From Octopus vulgaris (taxonomy: Eukaryota): DNA of 64,000 nucleotides. The DNA is taken from NCBI GenBank assembly GCA_951406725.2, contig OX597839.1, positions 1,922,001-1,986,000 on the forward strand. The letters run 5' to 3'. The notes beneath the pieces are model-generated. The model worked only from the letters and a program-made list of their open reading frames with translations, did no database searches and was not told the DNA's origin. The position numbers and the translations under genes are program-made. Of the stretch, positions 1 to 12,924 are shown piece after piece; positions within the stretch are counted from its first letter, which is position 1; each line of letters opens with the position of its first letter.

Positions 1-23
1 TAATAATAATAGTAATAATAATA

Positions 24-54
<31 letters not shown>

Positions 55-65
55 TAGTAATGATA

Positions 66-110
<45 letters not shown>

Positions 111-178
111 TAATAATAATAGTAGTAGTAGTAATAATAATAATAATAATAATAATATTATAATAATAATAGTAGTAG

Positions 179-212
<34 letters not shown>

Positions 213-224
213 AATAAATAAATA
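1..224. repeat. (TAA)n microsatellite with TAG variants and (TAAA)n tail
   Basis: Direct reading. Confidence 0.97.
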
Positions 225-558
225 AGACAAGTGATTTATATGATGTCAACTTAATGTGACAGTCCCATAAAAGGGAAGAATGCTACTGTTATTTTGCCCA
301 AGGAAACACCGATTCCTGTTGGACTTGACACATTTCCTGTGTCCTTGTGATTCAGAAATTTATTATTTCTATTTCCAAAAAAAAGAAAAAGAGTGTAATA
401 GATATTTTTTTAAATGTGTAGAAAACGAATATGAAAACAAAAATTTGGGTAAACGAACGGGGGTGGGTGGGAAGAGGACTTTCGGATAATTCACGCGATC
501 CGATTTTTTCCCTCATAACTTTCAGGAAAATTGGTATCTTTTAATGAAAGTTTATATA

Positions 559-966
559 GGCGCAGGAGTGGCTGTGTGGTAAGTAGTTTGTTTACCAACC
601 ACATGGTTCCGGGTTCAGTCCCACTGCGTGGCACTTTGGGCAAGTGTCTTCTACTATAGCCTCGGGCCAACCAAAGCCTTGTGAGTGGATTTGGTAGAGG
701 GAAACTGAAAGAAGCCCGTCGTATATATGTATATATATATGCGTGTGTTTGTGTTTGTGTGTCTGTATTTGTCCCCCTAGCATTGCTTGACAACCGATGC
801 TGGTGTGTTTATGTCCCCGTTACTTAGCGGTTCGGCAAAAGAGACCGATAAAATAAGTACTGGGCTTACAAAAGAATAAGTCCCGGGGTCGAGTTGCTCG
901 ATTAAAGGCGGTGCTCCAGCATGGCCGCAGTCAAATGACTGAAACAAGTAAAAGAGTAAAGAGTAA
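559..966 (+). mobile_element. tRNA-derived SINE family A, full length
   Basis: Head GGCGCAGGAGTGGCTGTGTGGTAAG (A-box-like), GGTTCAGTCCC (B-box-like), CORE-like TTGGGCAAG, internal (TA)(TG) microsatellite, (AAGAGTA)n tail; about 20 copies or fragments in the window. Confidence 0.9.
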
Positions 967-1365
967 ATACTTTTCAAGCGGCATAGATTACAGTTATAAA
1001 GGAATTTGCGGGGAAAATTTTTTTCCAAGGGGCTGGGGAGCTGAGTTTCGGATCAAGAAGCCCATATAAGTTGGAATTTCTCCATTTTGACGGGAAATTT
1101 TCCAGCTGTTTTTCACCGTCGCCTTCGAAATGATGGGAAGCATCTTTTTATTTATGATTTTTTTCTCCTCACCCCTTAATGATGATTCCCAGGGACCACA
1201 CACGTGCTCCATTGGTGGGATATAAACATCAACAAAAAAAAATGATAATTTAAATTTTTACCCCCCACCTTAATTAAGAGAGGCCGTGTGTGTGTAAGAA
1301 AAAAACATTTTCTAACAGAAAAGTATTCTATTTTAGATTAATTATCTTTTACATACTCTCTCTCT

Positions 1366-1745
1366 CTCTTTACTCTTTTACTTGTTTCACTCATTTGAAT
1401 GCGGCCATGCTGGAGCACCGCCTTTAGTCGAGCAAATCGACCCCGGGACTTATTCTTTGTAAGCCCAGTACTTATTCTATCGGTGACGGGGATTTAAACA
1501 CACAAGCATCGGTTGTCAAGCAATGCTATGGGGACAAACACAGACACACAAACACACACACACTCACACATATATACATATATATGACAGGCTTCTTTCA
1601 GTTTCCGTCTACCAAATCCACTCACAAGGCATTGGTCGGCCCGGGGATATAGCAGAAGACACTTGCCCAAGATGCCACGCAGTGGGACTGAACCCGGAAC
1701 CATGTGGTTGGTTAGCAAGCTACTTACCACACAGCTACTCCTGCC
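1366..1745 (-). mobile_element. SINE family A
   Basis: Reverse complement of the 559-966 unit with a small internal deletion. Confidence 0.9.
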
Positions 1746-2454
1746 TATTTTTTAAAAAAATTACTGCGGATAAATGCCAGAAATTGCCTCAGGCTCTCCA
1801 ATAGTTTAAATTATAAACAGAAGCAATCTGCGGCGGGAATAGGGTTGGAGAAAAATCATTAATTTTCAATATATATATATAAATAACAAATGCGTTTATG
1901 GGGGAGAAAACTATTGAAAAACATCAATACATGCGAGAGAAAGAAACGGGGAGGGTTGTCTTGGGATGTACTAGAAACGACAATCAAATCTCCCTTAAAT
2001 CACACATTTTCCTCTGAAAATATTTACAATTTTTTTTTCTTGTTTTTTCTTGTTGTTTTTTTTTTTTTTTACCGAAAGGACTCTTCCCATATTTTTAAGT
2101 GCAAAAAATTGGCCAAAATCGGTCCGAAGATGGAATGGGAGGAGTAAAAAAAAAATGAACTTATGTTGTTTTCCTGATCCGAAACTCCGGTTTTTTTCGA
2201 AACTTTTCTCCCCATCCCCCGAAAAAAATTTCCCTCACAAATTTCTTTAAAAGCGTAATCTATGCCACTTGAAGGGTTTTTGTATAAACTTTCATGAAAA
2301 AATACCCATTTTCCTGAGCGTATGAATTTTCCCAAAATCTCCCCACCTCTTCGGAAAAAAATTTCCCCACAAATTTCTTTATCATCGTAATCTATACCGT
2401 TTGAAAGGTATTTCTATAAAATTTCATCAACATATATATATATATATATATATA

Positions 2455-2847
2455 TCTTTATATATAAAAGTGAAGTTGTGCGTCTGTCTCCTACGATTTA
2501 GATTCCTAACTACTCCCACATTTTGCGGTGCAGTGTAACCAAAAGCGGATATCTTATAGTCGTGATTCATATCGAGCCCTTCTGGGTATTAGCGCGCGTC
2601 TACAATGTGTCTACGATTAAAAAAAAAATTACCATCATTTTTTCCCATTTTTAATGCATTTTTTGCTATTATATAAGGGAAGTAACTCTCTAAAAATGTA
2701 TTATTAAACCTCAGAAAGTAAAAAGCTACAGTAACACCCCCCTTTGTGGTTAGCCATATTGAGATGGCTATTATACTTTACATCGCTAAAAATGCTTATA
2801 TAGTTATTTCCCTTACAAACCCAAGCAACGCCGAGCGATACTGCTAG
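2455..2847 (+). mobile_element. Non-autonomous Helitron-like element
   Basis: Starts TC(TTTATATATAAAA), ends with degenerate GC hairpin CCCAAGCAACGCCGAG then CTAG; sits between A and T inside (TA)n; no TSD. Confidence 0.75.
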
Positions 2848-3256
2848 TATATATATATATATATATATCCATTTTCATGAAAGTTATGAGGGAAAAATTA
2901 GATCGTATGAATTTTCCGGAAGTCCTCTCTCCACTCCGCAATCCCGTTCGTTTGCGCAAATTTTTGTTTCCATATTTGTTTTCTACACATTTCTTTATAC
3001 CTATTACACCTTTTTTTTTTTTTTTTGGTTTTGGTGACCGGGTGTTAAAGTAAACATTAATCTACTTCAGAAAGATTCTGGTTTTGGCCGTTCTTGGTTG
3101 GTTTTTTTTTAACGTTTACACAAACATCATTTCGTTGTTTCCATTCCAGTTTTTCATTTTACCTTCGCCTCACTTTTTCCATAGTCACGTAGACCACATT
3201 AACAAGTAAATTAGGATTATAGTTTTTCGATAGAGCCATCTGCGTCTTATACTAAA

Positions 3257-3863
3257 CTAGCAGTGTAGCCCGGCGTTGCTCGGGTTTGTTTGTTCTTTTT
3301 AGTTGCGCTTAAAACGGCAGACTTTGATGTTGCGTTAACAAAGTTTTGAGACAGTTTCAATCTATGAATAAAAGTATAGTGTGGCGATGTTCGAGTTTAC
3401 TCTGAATGTGCTGCAAATGTGTAATGCCGACTTCAATTGTTGGTATTGTAGGTTAATATTCCTTGTATTAACATTATGGGGGGGTGGGATTCTTTTCGAC
3501 CCTTTAAAATTGGAATTTTTGAAAAGTAAAAATTTTGCATTATGTAGCTTGTTATTCTCTTTAAGTGAACATTTTACTGGTTGAAATACACCGAAAAATG
3601 GCGACACAGCTGTCAAAATATCGTAAAAAAAAAAAAGCGATTTTCATAGAAAAAAAGCACCTTTTTGATGTAAATAATTTTTGGTGTTAACATGGTCCGA
3701 TTTGAAGTTTTTTTTTCTTGTACGGAATGAAGAGCAAGCCTTCTTTTCTCAAACTCTCAATTTTGGTGAAGTTGCGCCGCAGGGTCTCGGAGGAGATAGT
3801 ATTAGTTGAAGGCTACCAAACCTGCCACACACAGACAGACAACTTCAGCTTTATATATATAGA
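3257..3863 (-). mobile_element. Non-autonomous Helitron-like element
   Basis: Minus strand starts TCTATATATATAAAGCTGAAGTTG and ends CCCGAGCAACGCCGGGC...CTAG, the same termini as 2455-2847. Confidence 0.75.
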
Positions 3864-4132
3864 TGTATACGAAACCATGAAAAATAGACTGGTGGTTTTT
3901 CGTCTGAGAGAATATTTCTCCATAGACTTGCTTTTATCCACCCAACCAGAGCGTGACAACCGGTGTTGGTTTATCTACGCCACCATACCTTAACGGCTCG
4001 ACGAAAGACACTATCAAAATAAATACCCGACATTTAAAAAAAAATTAATAAATACGTACTTGAATAACCTACAAGGTGGTGCCCCAGGATGACCGCTATC
4101 CTTAAATGAAACAAAAGGCTGTGTTATAAGCA

Positions 4133-4165
<33 letters not shown>

Positions 4166-4484
4166 GTACAAGTTTACAGAAAACGAAAGACGGAGACAGG
4201 TGAGGGAATGACAATCGGGTGTATTTGTTTGACGCTCAGGAAAAGTCATTGACATTTCGAGTCATTGACATTTCGACAGAAAGGAATGAGAATAAAAACG
4301 GAGAGAGCAATATGTGTAGGGATTCACGGTTTAACATGGTGTGTGTGTGTGTGTGTGTGTGTGTGTTCCCCGCCATAGCATGACAACCGATGTTGGTGTT
4401 TACGCCCCCGTAACTTAGCGGTTCAGCAAAATTGACCGATAGAATAAGTACTAGGCTTACGAAAAGAATTATTACTAATGAGAT

Positions 4485-4720
4485 GTCATTTTAGCTGGGA
4501 TGGTCATGGAGCTAGGGTCCAATACGATCGCATGCCTAAAGTAATCTTTTATGGCCAGCTTGCCAATGGTAAAGATTCTGTTGAAGCACAAAGGAAGCGA
4601 AATCTGAAAATGTATTAAATCAGCGGTTGAACGTGGTTCTAGGAGAATTTTCTGTGTTTAGAGCATTAAACTCTTTGAGGACATTCGTATTGAAATATTT
4701 GTGGAGAAAAGACTGAGAAA
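4485..4720 (+). pseudogene. RTE-clade retrotransposon 3' relic
   Basis: Translates W-DGHGARVQYDRMPKVIFYGQLANGK, resembling the RTE C-terminal WxGHVxRM..R.PK..FYG.L motif. Confidence 0.6.
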
Positions 4721-4857
4721 GAGGGATATACTAAAAGGACCCATATAAATTACCTTACAACCTTTTACTTTTCCATTTTGTTTAATTTTACATTTCATAA
4801 GTACTCTTTCATTTGTTTATACATGTACTGTAGTTTCACACACACACATACGTTTAT

Positions 4858-5185
4858 ATGGTTCAGTGGTTAAAGCGTCGGACTCACAAACATGAGGTTG
4901 TGAGTTCGATTCCGGGACCAGGCTGTGCGTTGTGTACTTGAGCCAAGATATTTTATTTCAGGTTGCTCTAGTTCACTCAGCTGTAGAAATGTGTTGTGAT
5001 GTCATTGGTGTCAAGCTGTATCAGCCTTTGCCTTTCTCTTGGGTAACATCGGTGGCGTGGAGAAGGGAGACAGGTATGCACGGGCGACTGTAGGTCTTCT
5101 ATAAACAACCTTGCCCAGATTTGTGCCTCGGAGGGGAACTTTCTAGGTGCAATCCTACAATCATTCATGACCGAAGAGGTCTTTA
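4858..5185 (+). mobile_element. tRNA-derived SINE (family C group)
   Basis: TGGTTCAGTGGTTAAAGCGTCGGACTC...GAGTTCGATTCC A/B boxes followed by GCGTTGTGTACTTGAGC. Confidence 0.75.
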
Positions 5186-5287
5186 TTTTTTTACTTTATA
5201 TAATTGTATGTATATTCCAACAGAACACCCACATTTAAGTGAGGATAAATATTACCTCTCGGTATTATATTAATACTGCCTCTGTTG

Positions 5288-5446
<159 letters not shown>

Positions 5447-5630
5447 CATATTATATTTGAAATTTTATACTTATATCTCATTGTCTATTTACATTTACTG
5501 TACATTTACTGTATATTTTGTATAATGCCTTTACTGATATGTAATGGTGTAATAAAGTATTGATTGGGTATCATCTGATAGTTGATGTTTTATTGATTTA
5601 AGTATGTTTCTCCATTTTCTAATTTTGTAG

Positions 5631-5680
<50 letters not shown>

Positions 5681-5803
5681 CATATATATATATATTTAAC
5701 CACCTTACTAGCTAATTGCGACATCAATGCCTGTTCTGTCACTGTTACCCCATATACCATTGGCGGGAAGATGAATCGCTGCTATCTCTCGTAGTCGGGC
5801 GTC

Positions 5804-5848
5804 TATCATTGACGAGACCAAAGAAGGTTGAAATTACGTGATCTCATA
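5804..5848 (+). ncRNA. Degenerate minimal type I hammerhead ribozyme motif
   Basis: TATCA-TTGACGA-GACC(AAAGAA)GGTT-GAAA-TTACGTGA-TC-TCATA; C3 is U and stem I has one mismatch. Confidence 0.6.
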
Positions 5849-5852
5849 CATA

Positions 5853-6060
5853 CAGTAATCCCTCGCCATATCGCGGTTTATTATTTAAGCTTACGCCGAT
5901 TCCTCATTGGTGTTGTTTTGCATTTATAATAAAATAAATATGTACAAATTATAAAAACAATTTTAAAAATATACAGTACAATAGTGTTTCTACATCGCAG
6001 ATTTTCACCTGTCGCGTGAGTTTTTGGAACGTAACACTCGCGATAGTCGAGGGATTACTG
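5853..6060. mobile_element. Tc1/mariner-pogo type MITE
   Basis: TIR CAGTAATCCCTCG...CGAGGGATTACTG with TA on both sides. Confidence 0.85.
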
Positions 6061-6279
6061 TATATATATGTGTGTGTGTTTGTGTCCAACAGAAGTGCAG
6101 TTGGTTTCTAGTCATCTCAACCTCTGTTGGGCCATTGGTATAAATTGTTCGTTGTGCTGAAAAGCGGATTCAGTATTCTGCAGCAATATCCACTCAAACC
6201 AAATTCAATCACAGGAACTTTGACTTTTTCTGCTTAAAAAGCCGTCTAACACGGTTACGAATAGACATCCACCATCATA

Positions 6280-6332
<53 letters not shown>

Positions 6333-6908
6333 GTGATGCTTTTGTATTTGTACAGACATGTAGGTGTGTACGTGTGAAACATTCCATGTCATAACACATC
6401 AGATTTTATGCGTACATAAAATACAACTGTGTGTGTATGTGTGTGTGTGCGTGCATGTGTGAGTGCGTGTGTATCTGTGTATGTGTGTGTGTGAACGTGT
6501 TAATATACCACCCCAAACATGTCATATTCTAAGTCTATATGAAACACTATTGCCTTCTGTTTAGAAGGCAATAGTGTTTCATATTTGCAACACTCCCTTC
6601 ATTATTCAATTTTGTCAATGTATCAAAAGTATTAAACAGCCCCCCCCCCCCCACATCGTTCCTATTGTCAAATGAATGCATCGCCAGATTAGCAACAAGA
6701 ACTTCGCGAGTTGTTTTGTATGTGCCTGGACAGGTTGTTTGTTTTGTTACGGGGAATTTTGTTCTAGTTAAGACTCAAGGTTAAATTTAAACACAAAAGT
6801 TGTTACTGCTTAAATCCAGGTTAGTCTTCACTGGGATAGCCGCCATGATTGAACGCTAGCCCCTAAAGCTTTTTTTATACTCTCTCTTTTTATTTTATCG
6901 TGTTCCTT

Positions 6909-7033
6909 TCTTTTGAGCAGAATATTTGCTGTAGCCCATCTTTTATACCAAGACAAAACAATGTACATGATAACACTTCCAATCAGTTAAGATCAGAAGC
7001 CATGAGAGCCACTGTCTGGTATTGCATCAGGGC

Positions 7034-7035
<2 letters not shown>
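6909..7035 (-). mobile_element. Head fragment of (TAA)n-associated element D
   Basis: Reverse complement of the first ~125 bp of 14587-15138. Confidence 0.85.
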
Positions 7036-7123
<88 letters not shown>

Positions 7124-7125
<2 letters not shown>

Positions 7126-9735
7126 TTTCTTCAAATTTTCTTCCGTTTCTCGCCGAGTGTTTCCCATACACCTAGGGCAGAGAAGGGCATTGTATGCATT
7201 CCCAGATTACACGCGCAAATTCACAGATAAAATATGTATTTAAAAATTAATAAATAAATAAATTCATGGATGGATGTTATTTTCACAGCGATAGTGCTCT
7301 TCTCAGTACATGAGCCGTTCCAGTTAATACGATTTTTTGCACTTCCTGTAGGGATGGTGAGCCTGGAATCATTTTCAAATAGGTTTCAGTACCTTTTTTT
7401 ATCATTCCTAGAGATCCTACAATCACTGGTACTGTAGTCGCCTTGAGATGCCACATTTTTTCAATTTCTATTAGCAGGTCTTTATATTTACTAATCTTGT
7501 CAAATTCTTTCGCCGCTATATTGTGATCACAGGGAATACTCATGTCAAGTAATAAACATCCTTTTTGTCTGATCTTTTATAATAATATCCGGTTTATTAG
7601 CTTTTATAGTCTTGTCGGGCTGCACGGGGAAGTCCCATAGGATTGACACATTTTCTCCCTCAGTCACAGCTTCAGGATGATGTTTATACCATCTGTCAGC
7701 GGTTTTGATTTTATAATGCCGACATATTGTCCAATGTAAATACTGGCCGACTCTGTCATGTCTTGCTTTATATTCTGCAGGTGCTAAGACTCTACACCCT
7801 GAGATTAGGAGGTCTATTGTTTCAATCTCATCGTTACAGAATCGGCATTTTGGGTCAGCTCCATTTTTCATCACATTGGTTTGGTAGTTCCGGGTTAATA
7901 AGCTTTGGTCTTGAGCAGCTAATATGAAACCTTCACTCTCTGCTTTTAGCCCTGAGCTTCGTAACCATTGGTGCGTGTGTTTCTGGTCGACATCAGCTTG
8001 TTTGCTACGGGCCACATACTTGCCATGGAGAGGTTTCTGTTCACATCTGCTAGCTAAATTTTCATGTGCTTTTGTCTTTGCAATTAATTTTATTTTCTTT
8101 GCAGTTGCAGTTGGCGTATTTCCTTCAGCTTGATCAATCTGGTGGGTATCTAAGAGATCAGCAGCGAATTTTTTGCTCTCTTTGAGAATAGAGTGAAGTC
8201 TTATCAGTCTTTAATGTTTTTCAACAAGTTTTAGTATCCAATCGTTGGTTGCTTCAAGGTATTTGGCCACTCCGATTGTGGTGGTTTTGTATGTAAGCTC
8301 AAGCTGGATCAAACCTCGACCTCCCTGAGCTCTGGGAAGGTAAAGGCGATCCACGTCTGCCTTTGGATGGTGCATCTTATTACAAGTCAGTAGCTTGCGG
8401 ATTTTTCTGTCAATTTTCATTATTTCACTGGTATTCCAGTTAAACACATTGAAGCTAAATAGAACAACTGGTACTGCTAAGGAATTTATGGCTAACACTT
8501 CATTAAATGCATTCAGCTCAGACTTCAGGACTGCTCGAACTCTTCTATAACATTCTTTCCTAACCTTCTCTTTCATGCTTGCATGCTGGATACCAGAGCC
8601 TTCATTTATTCCTAGGTATTTATAGGTTTGTTCCTGCTCAAGTTCCTTTATTACTATTTCGACATCTAATTCGATTAAATTAGACTTTACCAATTTCCCT
8701 TTCTTAAAAGTGGCTTTGGCACACTTTTCAAGGCCAAACTCCATCCCGATATCATCACTGAATCCTTTCACAGTATGTAACAATCCTTCAAGCTCTTCAC
8801 CATCTTTGCCATATAGCTTTAAGTCATCCATATAAAATAGATGGCTTATTTTTCTGTTGTCAATTTTGTAGCCATATCCTGTTCTATTCAGTTCACTTGA
8901 GAGTGGTATTAGTGCTATGCAGAAAATTAGTGGTGAAAGTGAGTCACCTTGGAAAATTCCACAGTTTATGCTAATGTTGTTTGAGTGCAATACTCCATTA
9001 GAATGATATAATTGGAGCTTCGTGTTCCATAGTGACATATTATACTTTTAAAAATCTGAAATCACAGGAGAAATTTTGAAAAAGTCCAGCGATTTCAGAA
9101 TCCACGAATGTGGTATGCTGTCAAAGGCTTTTTTATAATCAATCCATGAAGAGCTGAGATTTCTGCGTTTGTTATGGCAGTTCTCAAGGATCATGCGATT
9201 AATTAGGAGCTGATCTTTGCATCCGTATGAGCCTCGTCTGCATCCTTTTTGTTCAGCGGGGAAGAGGTTATTCTCTTCCATAAACGTATATGTTTTCTCT
9301 ACTAGAATAGATGTCAAAATCTTATAGGTAGTAGATAAACATGTTATAGGCTGGTAGTTTTTAGGGTCTTTCGTTTTGTTATTTTTGGGGAGGAGGTAAG
9401 TAATACCATTTGCCATCCAATGTGGTGTTTTTTCCGGGTCTTTCATAATACTATTAAATAGTAGTACTAACATTTTGTGTGCGGACGAGAGTGATGAGAG
9501 CCAGAAATTTGGTACTCTATCAGTACCAGGGGTTTTCCACTTATGAGCCTTCGTTAGTGCCCTCCTTAGGTCGGCGATTGAGATATCTTCCCATACCTGT
9601 TCTTGTAGATTCTTGTAGTCATCTTGGGTGCGTTTGATCCACTCTGCATTTTCATTGTATGGTTTCTCATCACTCCAGATCCCCTTCCAAAAGTTTTCAA
9701 CTTCTTCCATTCGGGGTGGATTTTCAATGGTTGTT
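7124..9735 (-). mobile_element. 5'-truncated R4/Dong-clade non-LTR retrotransposon (RT plus restriction-like endonuclease), disrupted
   Basis: ORFs 9048-9735, 8211-9038, 7545-8015 and 7283-7543 give YQPITCL, WIDYKKAFDS, GIFQGDSLSPL, HLFYMDDLKLY, CRFC..ETI..LISGC, RHD, WDF, KPDIII and KISKY; about three frameshifts/stops; 3' UTR 7124-7282; (TAA)n on both sides. Confidence 0.92.
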
Positions 9736-9745
9736 ATTATTATTA

Positions 9746-9810
<65 letters not shown>

Positions 9811-10212
9811 TCTAATTTTTGCCACATGGTCACCAATTTCGAGGACAAAGACAAGTCAATTACATCTGCCCAAATACTGAATAATAAAAATAATTGCTAA
9901 TTAATCAGTACTGAGTTTCTATGGAAATTCAATAGAAATTCACCAAAAGTGCATTCAGCATTTCCAGTAAAACAAGAAATTAAAGAAAAATTCCGAGAAT
10001 CGTTCATGAGAAAAAGAAAAACGACAGAACCGGTTTTACGCTTCATTTTGTAAAACTGCATGTATGTATGTACATTATATATTTATAAATGCGCAGGATT
10101 GGCTGTGTGGTAAGACGCTTGCTTTCCAACCACATGGTTCTGGGCTCAGTCCTACTGCGTGGCACCTTGGATAAATGTCTTCTGCTATAGCCTCGGACCG
10201 ACCAGTCAGATA

Positions 10213-10700
10213 TCACCACCCACCCTATTTTCGTCGCCTCCAGTTAAATATCACCGCACACCCTATTTTCCCCAACCCACCCTTGTCCTCTTTTAAACGC
10301 ACCCGTAACCTACGCGATCTACTGGTCCGTAGCACCTCCCCCTCCATCTCAACCCAACCCGAATCCTTCCCTTGCTCTAGATCCATTGCCACACTTGTCC
10401 TTTCATCACTAACACCACCTCCCTCACTGGATCCAATCAGCACACCCTCTACATTAGGAACTCCTTCTGCCCTTCTGGCAGACCGGTTTTCCAAACATCT
10501 ACGAGATGTTCGGCTACGTACGAACACTCCCGCCGCTTGGCCAACCACTCTACCTCACATATCACTCTCCTCGGCCTTGCTCTACACCATGGATCCACCA
10601 ATACGCGACTCCGCCTGGAACAGCATTACATTTTCACTCTACAAACACAAACTCCCCTTGGACTCAACACAACCCCTCCTCTCACTGACTGTCTCTACAC
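10213..10700 (+). pseudogene. Penelope-like element fragment (linker / GIY-YIG region)
   Basis: PPLSSFKRTRNLRDLLVRS, FPCSRS/HCHTCPFI across a frameshift, LADRFSKHLRDVR. Confidence 0.75.
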
Positions 10701-10987
10701 CCTCCTTAGAAAATAACCTTTTATCCTATCTTACTCATATTTTTACAGTTTTTATTATTGATTTTTTATCGTTTTTTCCCGTTGTACTTGTTTACGTTTC
10801 TTTATCTATTTCTTATCTCCTTTTACCTTATACTCATTTTTATCATTGTATTACACCCTATTTTTATCTTTTCATTTCTTATTTTTTATCTTATACCTTT
10901 AATTTTTTATCTTATACCCTTAATTTTTTATTTATTATTTTCTATTTTTTATTTTTTATTCAAAATTTTTATCTATTTCATTTTTAT

Positions 10988-11447
10988 ATACACACATGCA
11001 CACACACACTTGCATACATACATACACGCACGTACATACACGCACACCGACATACACAAACGCGTATATACACGCATGCACACGCATACACACGCAACAA
11101 ACACGTGCATACACACACACGCACATACACGCACACACATACACACACCCACATGCACACAGGAATGCACGTACACCTCTACACACACAACCATACGCAC
11201 ACACACACATACACACACGCACATACACACACGAACACACGCATACGCACACACGTTCACACGCACGCACAGACGCACACCACACAAGCGCCCAACACAC
11301 ATACATATACTTCCACACTCATTCACAGGCACATACTCACATGTACGAACACACACATATGCACGTGCAGAAAGAGACAGTGAGAGAGAGAGAGAGAGAG
11401 ACGGACAAACTGACAAAGAGAGTGAGACACACACACACACACACACA
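10988..11447 (+). repeat. Degenerate (CA)n/(CATA)n and (GA)n tract
   Basis: Direct reading. Confidence 0.95.
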
Positions 11448-11449
11448 TA

Positions 11450-11612
11450 GGCGCAGGAGTGGCTGTGTGGTAAGTAGCTTGCTAACCAACCACATGGTTC
11501 CGGGTTCAGTCCCACTGCGTGGCATCTTGGGCAAGTGTCTTCTGCTATAGCCCCGGGCCGACCAATTGCCTTGTGAGTGGATTTGGTAGACGGAAACTGA
11601 AAGAAGCCTGTC

Positions 11613-11662
<50 letters not shown>

Positions 11663-11883
11663 TTGTGTGTCTGTGTTTGTCCCCCTAGCATTGCTTGACA
11701 ACCGATGCTGGTGTGTTTACGTCCCCGTCACTTAGCGGTTCGGAAAAAGAGACCGATAGAATAAGTACTGGGCTTACAAAAGAATAAGTCCCGGGGTCGA
11801 TTTGCTCGACTAAAGGTGGTGCTCCAGCATGGCCGCAGTCAAATGACTGAAACAAGTAAAAGAGTAAATGAGAGTAAAGAGTA
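11450..11883 (+). mobile_element. SINE family A, full length
   Basis: Near-identical to 559-966. Confidence 0.92.
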
Positions 11884-11887
11884 ATAT

Positions 11888-12422
11888 ACTCGTTATCGAG
11901 TATGGCCATTGCATGAAGCTTAATCAATGTTGTTATCATGCAATGCCTATGCAAGAAGATTTTTTTAAAGTGAGGAAAGGCTGTGCACTGAGTCAATCCC
12001 ACTCACTAAGCAACAGCAGCCATAATCCGAAAAGAAGAACAAGTCAACATCATCGGTAACCACTGAGCCGCAGGTTTTATGTCGGAGTTATCCCAGTTAC
12101 CTGAGTTACCTTCTCCTAGAAGGATGTCCTAACAAAGGCTAGGTGTCCTTCACTCCCAATTGTTTAACCGGGCGATCGGGTATTCAGTCCGATTATTTCT
12201 ATGTCCCCGCGCATGATAAAGCCTTAAGACATTTATTGGATGGCCGTTGACTCTCAAGAGTTCCTCCGCCCTTTGACGGGTTTTGTTTTTCATCCGGCAG
12301 GGTGTCCAATAAACACCCTCCTCACCAAGCAGGCTTGGTGGGGTTGCCGGTTTAGTCGCCGACGTCCCGACCATGCAACAGGTTGTACTGGGTTACATGC
12401 TACCAGTAGCACTCGAAAGTGA
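11888..12422 (-). mobile_element. Non-coding interspersed element E (possibly RTE-related)
   Basis: Segments recur at 61309-61456; abuts a (CATA)n tract; family identity is inference. Confidence 0.5.
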
Positions 12423-12431
12423 ACTTATATA

Positions 12432-12507
12432 ACATACATACATACATACATACACACACATACTTACATACATACATACATACACATACATACATACATA
12501 CATACAT

Positions 12508-12540
<33 letters not shown>

Positions 12541-12801
12541 TACATACATACATACATACATACATACACACACATACACACATACATACATACATACATA
12601 CATACATACATACATACATACACACATACATACATACATACATACATACTTACACACATACATACATACATACATACATACATACTTACATACATACATA
12701 CACACATACATACATATATACATACTTACACACACACATACATACATACATACATACATACATACATACATACATACATACATACATACATACATACATA
12801 C
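12432..12801. repeat. (CATA)n microsatellite
   Basis: Direct reading. Confidence 0.97.
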
Positions 12802-12924
12802 CAATGAAAAGGTCATTAATGGAGTTTCTGAAAGTCTCTCAAGATGCCTATATGCACATAAATGTACTTTCGCACAATGCAGTGGAAATGAATTTGAGTA
12901 AGTGCTAACGTAATTTACTTTTAC

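Larger units (their letters stand above)
378..3025. mobile_element. Old long-TIR fold-back DNA element, interrupted by two SINEs and a Helitron-like insert
   Basis: Left arm ~378-556 plus 966-1145 is the degenerate reverse complement of ~2060-2430 plus 2869-3025 (e.g. gagtttcggatcaagaa..ataagtt vs aacttat..ttcctgatccgaaactc; aaatgtgtagaaaac vs gttttctacacattt). Confidence 0.65.

Noticed and set aside
6975-7035. U2 snRNA-like words (CTGGTATTGCA, AAGATCA) in element D
   Set aside because: Matches are too short; no Sm site or branch-pairing region.
10175-11383. 402-aa ORF
   Set aside because: Chimera of a SINE end, a frameshifted PLE fragment, T-rich sequence and (CA)n.
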